Source: Octopus sinensis
Taxonomy: Eukaryota
Reading direction: 5' to 3'
Length of the DNA stretch: 64,000 nucleotides
NCBI RefSeq assembly: GCF_006345805.1
Contig: NC_043005.1
Span: 40,548,001-40,612,000 of the forward strand
This document shows positions 37,440 through 50,830 of this stretch, one piece after another; position 1 is the stretch's first letter; every line of letters starts with the position of its first letter. The notes beneath the pieces were generated by a model that saw only the letters and a program-made list of their open reading frames with translations, was not told the origin of the DNA and searched no databases. Both the position numbers and the translations under genes were made by a program.

Positions 37440-38995
37440 ACGATGTGCTTAAACTGATGAAAGCAGATAAAGCTCTAGGAAAAGATGTAACAACAGCGAT
37501 ATTAAGTAGTGGAGAAGAAGAGCTGTGGAAAATCCCCTTCTTACGCTTCAATCGTTATCTGAAGATGGGTGAAATATCCTTACTGTGGAAGGTATTAAAT
37601 ACCATCTTCATTCATAAGAAGTGTGATAAAGAAGATCTAAGAACTATGCCTCTTGTCTCACCTCTACAGGCTGTTTTCAAGAGTTATAGTCACTAGACTA
37701 TCAAAATATCTCAATGATCAGTAGGTTTCCTTTAGAATTACTGTTCTATGGATCACATATTCACTCTAACGAAGCTTATAGAACGAATGAAAGAATACAA
37801 GCTGCCTCTGCGCATCTCTTTCGACTACGAAAAAGCTTTCGATTGCATCGAGATGAACGCTGTGCTGAAATCTCTGGAAATGCAAGGATCCGAGGCGTAA
37901 TACATGAAACTGCTCTGGGATGCGAACTTCTAAAGCACTACTGATATAGCTCGACTATCGTCATCGGTAAAAGTTCCAATTGAGAAGGGCATCAAGCAAG
38001 ACACATCTATGTATACTAGAAATAGTCATCAGAGACATTGACTGGACAGGTGGCTTGAATATTAACGGTGAGCTACTAACACACTTCCAATTTGTAGTTG
38101 AAATCGTATTCATTGCCGAAATCATAGGTCAGCTCCAGACCATGCTGACCAAGCTGGACACTCATAGCTCAGCAGTAGCAGGCCTTAATCCTTTTAGTAT
38201 TTAAACAAGTCATATAAAGTCCAAACACTCTACCTGATTTATGTTCAAACTGACCAGATTTGGCCTCTCGCATCAACCCTATAATATCATTCTAAAAATT
38301 AACAGTTACCGTATCAAAATCTCAAAGCTACGAGACAATGCAAGATTGATTCAAAACATTAATAAATAAGCATCATTTTTGACAGGATAATGTGATCGCT
38401 AAAGGGTTAAAATGAACCGCATGAAAATAAAATACATGTGGTCTGAAGACATAGCACAAAGCCGTATAGAGATAGGAAGCGATGAACTCGAGGCGGTAAA
38501 TGAGTACATTCACTTGGGACACATAGTTAATATGCGCCAAGACATGGACGCTGAAATCTCGTGAAGAATAAGGGCAGAATAGAAGGAATTTATCTCGATA
38601 AAATATGTGCTCAAAGCAAAGGTGAACAAGACTATATGCTAGTCACTTCAATGTTACATTCCTGCTTGTGCTTTTCTTATACGTAAGTGAGACGAAGAGG
38701 GAAGAACATCGGCAAAGGGCAATGGAAAGATCCATGCTAGGAATATCATTGCAAGAACATCTCCGAAATGAGTTAATTCGAGAACGGAGCGGAGAGAATG
38801 ACGTGATGCAGGCTACTGAAAGTAGAAGTTCCACAGGGCCGGACGTATTGCAAAATTCACAGACAATAGATAAATTCGTGCACTGATATCCAAGAGATGG
38901 GAAAAGGCTATAGGGAAGACGTCTACGACGATTTAGGCCAAGGTGGAAAAGAAGGGCGCTGTCAAGAGAAAGACTGGAAGCGCATTTGAGACCAG
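37440..38995 (+). mobile_element. Decayed RTE-clade LINE reverse transcriptase
   Basis: Fragments KADKALGKD, IHKKCDKEDL, FDYEKAFD, AGLKMNRMKIKYM, EYIHLG and QRAMERSMLGISL; many stops and frameshifts. Confidence 0.85.
38189..38406. mobile_element. piggyBac-like MITE (TTAA TSD) nested in the RTE
   Basis: TTAA|TCCTTTTAGT ... GCTAAAGGG|TTAA; removing it restores the RTE reading AGLKMN. Confidence 0.8.
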
Positions 38996-39037
38996 TCTAG
39001 TCGATACAGGTGATAGTGTGTATGTATGTGTGTGTGA

Positions 39038-39086
<49 letters not shown>

Positions 39087-39113
39087 TATATATATATATA
39101 TATTATATAAATA

Positions 39114-39147
<34 letters not shown>

Positions 39148-39351
39148 CATACATACATACTACATACATACATACATGCTCTTCTTGGTCTGCCGCTACA
39201 TGTATGCACATGCGTGGGTTCCAGGGAGATCGCTGAACTTATGGAAGAAAATGGATATCAAGTTGAGGAAACGAAAACTGCTATGGAAGAACGGGACATC
39301 TGGCATGGAAGAATCGCAATGGTCGACCAAGCAAAAAGATAAGCATGTATA

Positions 39352-39404
<53 letters not shown>

Positions 39405-40923
39405 TTTGGATAATCGGTTGATACAGCGGTAGATGCAATGCGTGTTCAGGTGGAATATCTGTTCCAACATCAACGTTAAGTGCATGTGTGTGATCTCCGC
39501 CTAAATAAAGATTGGCCTTAGGCAAGAAATCGGTCGAGCTGGTTTAAATATAAGGAACAAAAGCATAAAAAAGCAGTTGACACGTACAAAGCAGTTTATA
39601 GCATTTATTCTTATATAATATACTGAATGCAATATGCAGCCTCGAATGTGTTTATGACTAAGAATTAGTTGGCTATCTATTTGTATGGCGAGATGTGAGG
39701 ATATCGTGTTCATGGTATACGTGCTGGAAAAATGCAGTGATGATGAAGAGATCCTTTTAAATTCAGGATGAGAAAGGACAAAGAAGCCAGGGATTGCTGC
39801 TTCAGAAAATATTTAGCCGTTGTTTTAATATTGTGTAAAAGGAAACAAATACATAAAAAGAAAATTTACACATAAACTTGATTGGTTCGCGTTTTAGCTA
39901 CCGCCGAGTAGTGTGTTTAATTTATTCACTGAACACTGCCGCGAATTACCCTTTGTTTTCAAAAATCCACGCTAAATCACAAGGAAGGGGGGCGGGGCGG
40001 ATGTGCCCTATTTTTTAAATACTGGCAGCTTGAAGCAGGATAATAATCTAATTCTACACTTTATCACATTCAAGAATATAAATACGTTTTTAAGCAAAAC
40101 ACACGCGGAGTCAAAAAGAAACACTACCTTTCACCGGGTACTGTCGTTCACGCAGTGCGCTCTCTCGCTAGTGTGAAGCTTCCTATCTCGGACATGTGAG
40201 CATGCGCACAGCAGCCAAACACCACATCGCTGGAAATGTGATGCGCACAGTTCTATACAAGGAGTTTTGTATTTATTTCATAAACTAGGGGATGGCTACT
40301 GACATTAAGCTTAAGGATGATATAATCTATAAGCATAAAGAAATAATTAAAGAAAAAAGGGCTCATTATACTGAATATTATCGATAGTATCGAGTGGAAA
40401 TAGGGGGTGCTGCAATTCTGCAGTGCCTATATACGAGCCGCCACTGAAAGAAGCATGTGTTCTCTAACCTCTGCGGCACGCAAGCGTGGGCTCCGCACGT
40501 CGGTTCCTTCGCTACCTGTGGCTATGCTTACCAATCTTGTTGCTTACATAACCCCTTTTTGCACGGAAACTATCTGGAACATAATACAATATTCTATGGC
40601 ATGAGGTGATATTTCTGCAGGCTGATTGGCTGGTATTCCGGGAACATCTTCTGGTCTAAGTATGGTTTGGTTCTAGTTACTAAGGCTGTAAGGTTTCGAT
40701 TCTAGGCTTCGCTACAAGGGTATAGTTTATAAGATTATTATGAGTATACACATATATATATTATATATATATATATTATATGCATATATATATGCATATA
40801 TATATTATATATACATACATATATATACATACATACATACATATATATATATGTATACATATATATATATATATATTATAAAAAATAATATAATATAGAT
40901 ATATATATATATCATATATATAT

Positions 40924-40995
<72 letters not shown>

Positions 40996-40999
<4 letters not shown>

Positions 41000-41192
41000 A
41001 AGTTTACGAAAAAGACAAAAGACGAAGATAGGTGGTGTACAAACAGATGTATTAGTATAACGCTCAGGAATAGAAAGAGTCTTTTACGTTTCGAGCCTAC
41101 GCTCTTCTACAGAAAGGTACACAGAAAAAACAAGGAGAGAAACAAGGAGAGAAAAAAAGTGTGTGTAGTGGCTAACGATCTATCATGGTGAG

Positions 41193-41195
<3 letters not shown>
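40996..41195 (-). mobile_element. Microsatellite-inserted hammerhead-like element, copy 4
   Basis: Minus strand CTTT CTGTAGA A GAGC GTAG GCTC GAAAC GTA AAAG at 41116-41081; flanked by (GA)n on the left and (TA)n on the right. Confidence 0.7.
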
Positions 41196-41230
<35 letters not shown>

Positions 41231-41285
41231 AGAGAGAGGGGAAGAGAGACATAGATAGCTAGCTAGATAAATAGATCGATAGATC

Positions 41286-41378
<93 letters not shown>

Positions 41379-42432
41379 GCCAAGGTAAAAATGAGTTACA
41401 AAATTTTCAGGGAATTACTACTGCTGTAGGTAACAAACGCCGTTTCCTTAAGAGTGAAACACAGATTGTATGAGGCTTGTATTAGAACTGTGATTAGAAC
41501 CCTGAATGCAGAAGATTTGCGAAGACTAGAAAAATAAACTAACACGGTGGGTGCGTAATGTAAACGTGCATGAACTCTGGAATAAAAATGAGGTAAGAGA
41601 AAAACTGGGTATAAGAGGAATTAAGCGTTGCGTTGTGTGCAAGGGAGGAGGCTGAGCAGGTAAAGGCATGCGACGCATACGGATGATACATGCAAAAGTG
41701 TGGAAGAGGATGATACATGCAAAAGCTGTGGAAGAGGGAAATGAGAAGGAAGATTTGGGGCGATGCGAGTAAGGCTGAAATGAAGATGCTATATCTTACA
41801 GAGATGACACAGAGCTGCACAGGCTGGCGATACGCGGTAGTACAGAAGACCCATGCATCCTAATATAAGAGTATTCATTAAGGGGCAGTAATATATAAAC
41901 GAGGTCTAATTTCTCTTCTATTCTCTCCTTCAGCGATGGCGGTTACTTTTAGGCTCTTAGCCTTGCAAATTTCAAGCTTCATCAAATCTTGTGGTAAGAA
42001 AAAAAAGCCCCCTATAAAGTGGTTAGTGTTAGGAAGGGATCCACTCGTAGAAATCCTGCCAAAGAAGACATTGAAGCATCCTAGTAACTGTCCAACTGAT
42101 GGCAGGACGGAAGCTAGATGTTCCATTATGATAAGGATAATATCAAGGCCAGTTTTAAGCAATCAGATTTGTTCAAATTGGGTTCCGCGACACGAGAGCC
42201 CACTTCCCACCCGCCGCACAGGATCCAGTGGAGGATGCTATGATGATTTTTTTGTATATCATTGTGGCAAATGGTGGTGTCTCAAGTCCTCAACGCTTTT
42301 AGGCTGGGACTAGCGTACTAAACGAAGCATAGAATATCAATATTCAGCTATTATAATTCTCTAATTGGCCCCTGCGCTTCCTAACGCCGGCTCTGATATG
42401 TGTGTGTGTGTGTATGTGTGTGTGTGTGTGTG

Positions 42433-42476
<44 letters not shown>

Positions 42477-42968
42477 TATATATATATATATATGTATATG
42501 TATATATATGTGTATATGTATGTATATATATATGTATGTGTGTGTATGTATATGTATGTATGTGTGTCTGTATCTATGTACACATACACAGAGACACACA
42601 CACATGCACACACACACACACATACACATACATACAAGCTAGAGTGATAGTAGGAATATTCATGAATTAACAAACAATGAAGTATTGCAACGCAAGCCAA
42701 AGGTGTTTAGCTTTGTGAAAGAGTAAGTCATGAAATACTACATCAGTTGAATATAAATTAAGATGCTTAAGTCGAACTTTAGCAACAACAACAACTGATG
42801 TGGACACTGCATTGCGGGAAAATGTTTGAGAGTAAAGAAAACTTACTCAAATGTGGGTTATACTTGAAGGCAAGTTCTGAGACAGTCGTAAGACCACTAC
42901 AAGAACATTTTTTCAGTTGTCGGTCACTTGGATGTCATTCTTCCCTTTAATTCCATCTCTTCCCCCCA

Positions 42969-43007
<39 letters not shown>

Positions 43008-43126
43008 ACCTGGCTGTCTGTGTGTGTGTGTGTGTGTGCATGTGTCTGTCTGTCTCTTTCTTTCTTCCTTTCTTTCTTTCTTCCTTCCTTTCTTTCTTTC
43101 TTTCTTTCTTTCTTCCTTTCTTTCCT

Positions 43127-43178
<52 letters not shown>

Positions 43179-43779
43179 GCTTCTTCTCACCGGGTTACCG
43201 TTGCCAAGGTTGATGTAATTCATGTTACGATGATTCTTGTTTACTCTCGTCAAAATTCTTGTGTTTTCGCCGAAATATCATTTTGTAGATGTATAATTTT
43301 CCCCCACAATATTTAGTCCATTTTTCACGTTCAGAGTTCAAATTCTGCCGAAGTCGACTTTGCCTTTCATTCTATCAGGGTCGATAAAATAAGTGCCAGT
43401 TGAACATTGGGTTCAATGTAATCGACTTCCCTCTGCCAAGAAACCGCTAGTCTTGTACCAAAATTTGAAATCAATATTTAGTCCATTTAAAAATAATGAA
43501 CCAAATATTATATTAAAAACTTCAATTTCCTTGTACTTCTATATAATTCTCTAATATTTCTAAAGTATTTAAATTCACGCTTTTGGTGGGAGATAATGAG
43601 AAAAGAGATATAACAGAAATATAGCTGCAAACAATTTCACAGATGAGATATCAACGTTATTTTGCTCATTTACCGAAAGATTCGAATGACCATAAGATAT
43701 TCGATAACGAGGGTTGACCGAACGCCTTTTTAAGAGAGTAAGCGGGCTATCTGAGCAACGATGAACAAACATTTTTTTT

Positions 43780-44240
43780 TCCTGCCTTTAACCCTCCAAC
43801 GCGGTGTATAGACCACTTATAGCTGAATTCCATGTCGCATAATTTTTCGCTTCTGTACACTCTGTCATGAATGTCCCCCTTTCTCTAGTTCCTTTTGTGT
43901 TGGTCTACGCCACGAGTTCTTAGACCTACCTCTCTTTCTATATCCATCCGGATTCCACTGTAAAGCACTTTTCGCTACATTTGGTGTGTCTTTTCTAATT
44001 GTGCTCCCAATCCACTTCCACTTTTTCTTAAATATTTGCTCCCTAATCGAAACTTGATTTGTTCTTTGCCATAGCCCCATATTGCTTATGTGTTCGGGCC
44101 ATCTAATTTTAAGTATACTACGCAAGCATCTGTTGATGAATGATTGTATTTGCTTATTTGACTTAACTGTTGTTCGCCATGTCTCAGCCCCATACAATAA
44201 CACCGCTTTTACATTAGTGTTAAAAATTATCCTATTTATC
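43780..44240 (-). mobile_element. RTE-clade LINE 3' fragment
   Basis: LLYGAETW...FINRCLRSILKIRWPEHISN...KWKWIG...ALQWNPDGYRKRGR, the typical RTE C-terminus. Confidence 0.85.
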
Positions 44241-44977
44241 TTTTTTTTTTTTTTTTGCTCTTTTTGGTCAGTAAGTATTATTTCCTATTGGCTTCTATCT
44301 AGAAATCAAAGTAAATGACTACTTACTCCCTTCAAATTTTGTTTTGTGATCTGGACATCAATGTTTTGTAACTGACCTATTTTCCATTACATTTCAGACA
44401 GATTCAGTACTGAGCTGCTGAAGCAGAAATATCGTTATAGCAAATATTCTGCTCAGTACCACAGACTTACTTGTCAACTGCTTGACCGTAACCACTTGAG
44501 CATGTCCCTTTGTGGCTAACAATATGTGCATCACTGATCATCAGCAGGTGTGGTGGGGGAGCAACATAGCTATGTGTTGAGAGGAATTCTTTTGGGTTTG
44601 AATAAATGTAACAAAAGCAAAGTTTGACAGAAATATTAGCCATTTTTCATAGTTTCTAGGTGTAAGCTAACAGGAAATAACATTTGCTACCCAAGGGCAA
44701 AAATCGTATTACACAATGTTATCTACAACCGAAATATAAAACTGAGGCTTTTTGTGAGTTTCTCAATATACTATGATCCACATAAATCACGAGAAGAGTA
44801 TTTCCGTTGTAACATCTTAACAATGAATTTTGCATCAAAAAAATTATAAAACATTATTTTAAGAGCTAAGTTTTGAGATAATTTTTTAGGGCAGTTAGCG
44901 TATTGGTGTATGTATGTAGCAGGTTGAGTCAATAGTTTTTTTCATTTTTGATTTCTACTCTTCTTTTTTTTTACTCT

Positions 44978-45171
44978 TTTACTTGTTTCAGTCATTTGAC
45001 TGTGGCTATGCTGGAGCACCGCCTTTAGTCGAGCAAATCGACCCCAGGACTTATTCTTTGTAAACCTAGAACTTATTCTATCGGACTCTTTTGCCGAACC
45101 GCTATGTTACGGGGACGTAAACACACCAGCATCGGTTGTCAAGCAATGTTGGGGGGACAAACACAAACACA

Positions 45172-45258
<87 letters not shown>

Positions 45259-45880
45259 GATATGTAAAAAAATACAAACTGTGACAAGAACGCATAACAC
45301 TTAGAAGACGATACAACAAACACAGACAGGACATTCGAAGCCCTCAGTCTTCAGTCAAGAACCGGATCATCGTAGTAATTTCGGCTGATTAATCTTGAGA
45401 TTACTAGATCCGGCCAGCCCTCCAGGAGAAACTAAGCAACGAGCATTAGAAAAACTAAGCTAGGAGCGTAGATTTCCTGGAAGAAGGATCGAATGCATAC
45501 GAACACAGGGACAGCAAAACGGACGGTGCCACACGAATATAAAAAACAAAAAACAAAATGAAATACAAAAACAAGAAATACAAAAGCAATAATGGTAAAA
45601 ACAGCAGGTGTCTTACGACTAATAACAGTGCAAACAAGTTTGGCTGGCGTATTTTGGAAAAATTGCCTTAACGGCGAACAAGGACAACGATGTTGTCACG
45701 GCGCTGGTCAGACGACGGGCTTCTTTCAGTTTCCGGCTACCAAATCCACTCACAAGGCTTTTGATAGGCCCGAGTCTATAGTAGAAGACACTTGCCCAAG
45801 GTACCACGCAGTGGGACTGAACCCGGAACCATGTGGTTCGTAAGCAAGCTACATACCACACAGCTACTCCTACGCCTACT
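44978..45880 (-). mobile_element. OR1-like SINE split by a ~450-bp insertion (45257-45710) in its TA tract
   Basis: SINE tail at 44978-45180 and SINE head at 45712-45880, with unrelated sequence after the (TA)n tract. Confidence 0.8.
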
Positions 45881-45884
45881 GATG

Positions 45885-46920
45885 ATGAGTAGTGAAAAAA
45901 TTGCAATTAGAGCCGCTTTACGCTACCCGTGGAAAAAAGGAACTGAGTGCCAGGGCAGTGGCAAAAGAAAATAATGATAGGGAAGGCCCAGGAACTGACA
46001 ACAAGCGTATGTCACAAAACTGGTTCAGACGTTTCAAGAAAGCTAACACTAGCCTCGAAGACAAACCAAGGTCAGGGAGACCTTCTGTTGTGGAGGGTAA
46101 GACCTTGCTTGAAGTGGTTGAACAACCAAGCACAAGCTTGGTCGGCATAACTTGGATTTCACAAAGCACCATCAATCGACGCTGCCATAAGCTCAGGCCT
46201 GTGGACAGACACTGTTCAAAAGCTCCTCATGAACTAACAAATGACCAGGCTCAACGACGTTTTAAAATTTGCAAACAACTGCTGGTAAATCCACGAGATT
46301 CTTGTTTTTGGTGTCGAATTGTGACTGGGAATAAAAAATGGATCTATTTTCGTAATCTTCATAAGAGAAATCAATGGCTTCGTTCTGGTTAGGTTTCAGA
46401 ACCTGTTATCAAACAAGGGTGGTTTGGACAGAGGTCATGTTATGTATTTGGTGGAATTTCGAGGGGGTGTTGCACTTGGAGCTTGTCCTAGACGGTCATG
46501 CTGTGAACGTTAACCTTTATACTCAACAACTACAGTTAGCATACAATGCGTTGGAAGACTGCTTCTCAGCATTCGTCAATCGAAGACGCTCGCCCCCCCC
46601 CCCCCCGCAGCATGACAATGGCTCAGCACACAATGCCAGTGTGACCAGGCTCAAAATTCAGGAACTTGAGGGTCTTGAAGTGCTGCCTCACCCTGCCTAC
46701 AGTCCAAACCTTAAACTATCATATATCATCTTTTTCCTGGTCATGGCTCATTTCCTGAATGGACGGAGGTTCAACAATGTGGACGAGGTTGAAAACGAGT
46801 GCAGGGAGTTTTTTTTCTTTTTACCTCTAAACGCTACCAAATGGTAAAAGCGTGGAACTGATGTGCTAGCACAACGATGGCAACAGACAATATAATATGA
46901 TATGATATACTTTGATGGAT
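45885..46920 (+). mobile_element. Decayed mariner transposase
   Basis: WFRRFK...LEDKPRSGRP, APHELT, IVTGNKKWIY, VMLCIWWN, QHDNGSAH and LPHPAYSPNL; stops and frameshifts. Confidence 0.92.
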
Positions 46921-46969
46921 AAATGTTTTTCTTATGAAATTTCTTTCAAATATTAATTAAAGCTGGAAA

Positions 46970-48460
46970 TAAAACTTAGATAAACTTAGATATGTTTCGA
47001 CCAGAGATTGGTCCAGGCCATGTCTAACTTAATAGCACCACCTGATAGGATTATTCGAATCCTGTTTAAGTCAAGTTTTGTTCAAGTAGTGAGTTCTTGT
47101 TGGGTGAGTTGTATCCAGTTTTGTTCAAGTAGTGAGTTCTTGTTGGGTGAGTTGTATCCAATTATGGGTGGCTTATCTGGTATTCTTTGAAGGAATCTAT
47201 CCAGACTCTGTTTGAAGTTGATGGGATCCTTTTCCTCTTTGATCTCCCTCGGGACAATGTTAAATAGGGCAGGGCCTGTTGAGGAAAAGAAATTATGTTG
47301 CAGTGTACATGTATGTTGTGATCTTGAATTTGGCAGGGGACGTATAGCCCGTGGTCCAAGTCTCGGATGAACCTTGAAGCTAATGTTTAGGTCGTTTGGG
47401 TAAAGTTGGCGGTATATTTTCCACATCGTACAAATGATGTACCGCTCACGGCGACGCTGGAGGGAGTAAAGTTTCAAGGCTTTAAGGCGATCCCAATAGT
47501 CGAGAGCAGCCATGCCTTCAATTTGTTTAGTGAGAGCCCTCTGGGGTGACTCAATTCTGGAGATGTTTTGTCTTGTGTGAGGAGACCACAGTGGGCAGCA
47601 GTATTCAAGGTGTGGCCGTACAAAGGATGAAAAAAGTGGTATGATGACACCTTGTTCTCTGGACCGGAAAGTTCTTAAGATCCAGGAACTCATCCTACGA
47701 GCTGTATCGACCTTCTTGTTGATGTGTGCACTCCAACTGAGATCGTCATCAATAATTACACCCAGGTCTCTGATATTGTTAGAGGCTGTGAGCGGTTCCC
47801 CTGAAGGAAGAGAGTATGGTTGTTTTAGTGAGGAATTTCTTTCAAAATGCATCAGCTCAAATTTTCCCTCATTCAGTTGCATTTTGTTTCTGTCTGCCCA
47901 TTGACTCACAGCATATAGGTCAGACTGGAGTTGAGTTCGGTCTGCTTCTTCATTGACGATTTGCTGGAGCTTAGTGTCATCAGCGAATATTTTCACTTTG
48001 CAGTGATGTACGACACTGGAAAGGTCGTTTACATAAATTATGAAGAGTAGCGGACCCAAAACAGTTCCCTGGGGAACACCGCTGGTGACTTTTGCTGGTT
48101 TGAGTGGACTCCATCAACTACAACATGTTGTGTTCTATTCGCTAGGAAATACTGAATCCAGTGTAGAACTTTTCCACGGATTCCAACATTTGCCAATTTT
48201 GAGAGTAGGATGTTATGGTCTACCCTGTCGAACGCTTTACTGAAGTCAAGGTATATGACGTCAGAGTTCGAACCTGTTCCCAAGGCTTTGAGTACATCTT
48301 CAATGTGGTGTAAGAGCTGTGTTAGACAGTCCCTGCCACAGCGAAAGCCATGCTGATTTGAATTTAGGAGTTTGTGGGTCTCCAGGAAGTCAGCTATCCT
48401 TGATCTTAACACTCTTTCAAACACTTTAATGATGTGGGAGGTGAGTGAGGACTTAAACTG
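46970..48460 (-). mobile_element. CR1/L2-group LINE, 5'-truncated, RT region
   Basis: QHGFR, YLDFSKAFDRV, GPLLFIIYVNDL, FADDTKL, RDLGV and VRPHLEYC; short-repeat 3' tail (TATCTAAGTT)n; 43-bp duplication at 47075-47160. Confidence 0.92.
47082..48059 (-). CDS. LINE reverse transcriptase C-terminal ORF (325 aa)
   Basis: Open frame containing FADD; joined by a frameshift to the upstream RT motifs at 48038-48460. Confidence 0.8.
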   Translation of the reverse strand: MGPLLFIIYVNDLSSVVHHCKVKIFADDTKLQQIVNEEADRTQLQSDLYAVSQWADRNKMQLNEGKFELMHFERNSSLKQPYSLPSGEPLTASNNIRDLGVIIDDDLSWSAHINKKVDTARRMSSWILRTFRSREQGVIIPLFSSFVRPHLEYCCPLWSPHTRQNISRIESPQRALTKQIEGMAALDYWDRLKALKLYSLQRRRERYIICTMWKIYRQLYPNDLNISFKVHPRLGPRAIRPLPNSRSQHTCTLQHNFFSSTGPALFNIVPREIKEEKDPINFKQSLDRFLQRIPDKPPIIGYNSPNKNSLLEQNWIQLTQQELTT

Positions 48461-49576
48461 GTATGTATGTATGTATGTATGTATGTATGTATGTATGTAT
48501 GTATGTGAGCATCTGTGTGAGGGTATGCGTGTGTGCGTAATAATGGTGGAAGTGCTGTCTTTCAATAAAAAAGGATTCTCTTTTCATTAAATATTTTAGA
48601 GTCGATTTCGCTATTTAGTTTATAATGCAGAATGCATCCCTGGGCAATTGGGTATCTCCTTTTCGTGATTCTTTACTGTAGAATACACATGTTCAAAGTG
48701 CGGCATAACGAAATCAAACCAGGATCCGTGTGGTTGTAAAGCGAAATTTTTAATCTTAGAGCTATGTAAAAAGAATAAATTATTCTGGCTGGTTTAGGAT
48801 TTGAAATTTCTGGCTTCATTCCTATCAAACTGACTTTACTTTTCTACTCTCAGCGCTTAATACAAACACCTGAAATAAATTGTGTCGCAAAAAAAACAAA
48901 AAAATTAAATAAAAATAAATGTGAACTAACATGCCTTATGTAGGGAGTCCTAAACATTTTCTTTTTAATCAACTGAAATTCCACGCGAATGACGAAAAAA
49001 ATTATTGGCATTAATGCCAATTTTTATTGGAAAAGATAAGAGAGAGAACTCTGAAATTTAAATTAATTAAAAATTCAGTGAAAACACGTAGTGGAGAAGT
49101 TTCGTCAATGGACTGAACAATGATAACTCAGACAGGTTTCGTTCTTATCAGACTACCTGAGCGTACTTAACATGCGTTACAACAGTGGAGAAAGTGAAGA
49201 TTTCGAGAGAAAAATATCAACTGAATAGACAATAAAAACAATGATATTAGAAATTTTCCTAGAGGCAGCATTATAAAACCAGACTTGTATTGTGGTGAAA
49301 AGAATCTTGTTATAGTTTTCTGTCACAAGACAGTTCTCATAACTGGATTTGCTTTTGATCCAAACATTGCTGATTTTGTAATGGATTCAAGGCACGTTAG
49401 GGTTTCTCGTTTTAATCTCTAAAAAATCGAGGCCTTGTGTCTATGGAGAATATACACATATATACACACTCACAATCATCACTAACACACACACACACAC
49501 ACACTCACATTGCATTGTAGAAGAATCAGTTTAGCCATTTAAGACCATGCAAAAAGCTGATATGTTCATGTATCGG

Positions 49577-50338
49577 TTATTATCTCCGCCAAGAAAGAAT
49601 GTTATGTTTTCATCTCTGTTGGTTAGTCCGTCTGTCCGTCTGTGTGCAAAATAACTCCAAAAGTTGTGAACGGTATTTGGTAATGACACAAGGAACAGAT
49701 GATGAAATTTTGGTAGGGATCTGGAAATTTTTATGGATTCTTGAAGGATTTTTCATTTGTTATATCTACTTAACATGATGTATTAGTGTTACGTTCTTTG
49801 ATTATCTCCCTTGAAAACACGTTCATCATTTGGTGGCATTGCTGATTCCAAAGTATATTTTCGTTTCTCTTTGAGTAATTTTTTTTTTTGCCCACAAGGA
49901 ACTCTGTGTTTACAGAGGGGACAAACAAGGACAGACAAGGGGATTAAGTCGATTACATCGACCCCATTGCGTAACTGGTACTTTATTTATCGACCCCGAA
50001 AGGTGAAAGGCAAAGTCGACTTCGGCGGAATTTGAACTCAGAACGTAACGGCAGACGAAATACCTATTTCTTTACTACCCACAAGGGGATAAACATAGAG
50101 TGGACAAACAAGGACAGACATAGGTATTAAGTCGATTACATCGACTCCAGTGCGTAACTGGTACTTAATTTATCGACCCCGAAAGGATGAAAGGCAAAGT
50201 CGACCTCGGCGGAATTTGAACTCACAACGTAACGGCAGACGAAATACCGCTTAGCATTTCGCCCGGCGTGCTAACGTTTCTTTGAGTAATTTTACTGGCG
50301 TATCTATCTCAAAGTGAGCTGCTTGGCGGAGGTCTGCG
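49577..50338 (+). mobile_element. Helentron/HINE-type non-autonomous element with a nested OK-like SINE
   Basis: Subterminal inverted repeats CTCCGCCAAG (49584) / CTTGGCGGAG (50322) and a short GTCC/GTCT microsatellite. The nested SINE (~49890-50280) is flanked by duplicated CTTTGAGTAATTTT. Confidence 0.65.
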
Positions 50339-50344
50339 GATGAT

Positions 50345-50830
50345 GACATGACAAGCCATGACTATTGGGATCGACTCAAAAAGCTCAGGCTTTACTCCCT
50401 CCACCGCCGCTGTGAGCTCTATGTCATCTGTATGATGTGGAAAATATTCCATCAACATTGCCCACCTTTAAAATTCGTCCGAGGCATGGCCCCCGTGTCA
50501 TCCGTCCACTACAGAAATGCTCGTGTTGTAGCACAACACTATTACAGAACTATTTCGCCTCAATTGACCCTGCTCTCTTCAACATCGTGCCAGACATACA
50601 TAAAGGAGGAAAGTGATTTCACGGCATTCAAACGATCCCTAGATTATTACCCCCAACAAATACCAGATAAACCACCAAAACCCAGATATGTCTCTGAAAA
50701 CAATAACCCTCTGCTTGAATGGGCTACGGTTCTCCAGAGCTCACTGTGTATCTCTTCCAGGTGGTGCTATTAAATTTAAAATGGCCTGAGTCAACTTCGG
50801 CTGAAACTTATCTAAGTTATCTAATCTATA
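50345..50830 (+). mobile_element. CR1/L2-group LINE 3' fragment
   Basis: DYWDRLKKLRLYSLHRR; the 3' UTR GGTGGTGCTATTAA and TATCTAAGTT tail match the 46970-48460 element. Confidence 0.85.

Noticed and set aside
49126-49156. Minus-strand CTGATAA GAAC GAAAC CT GTC
   Set aside because: Stem II is essentially absent, C3:A8 is mismatched and there is no stem I.
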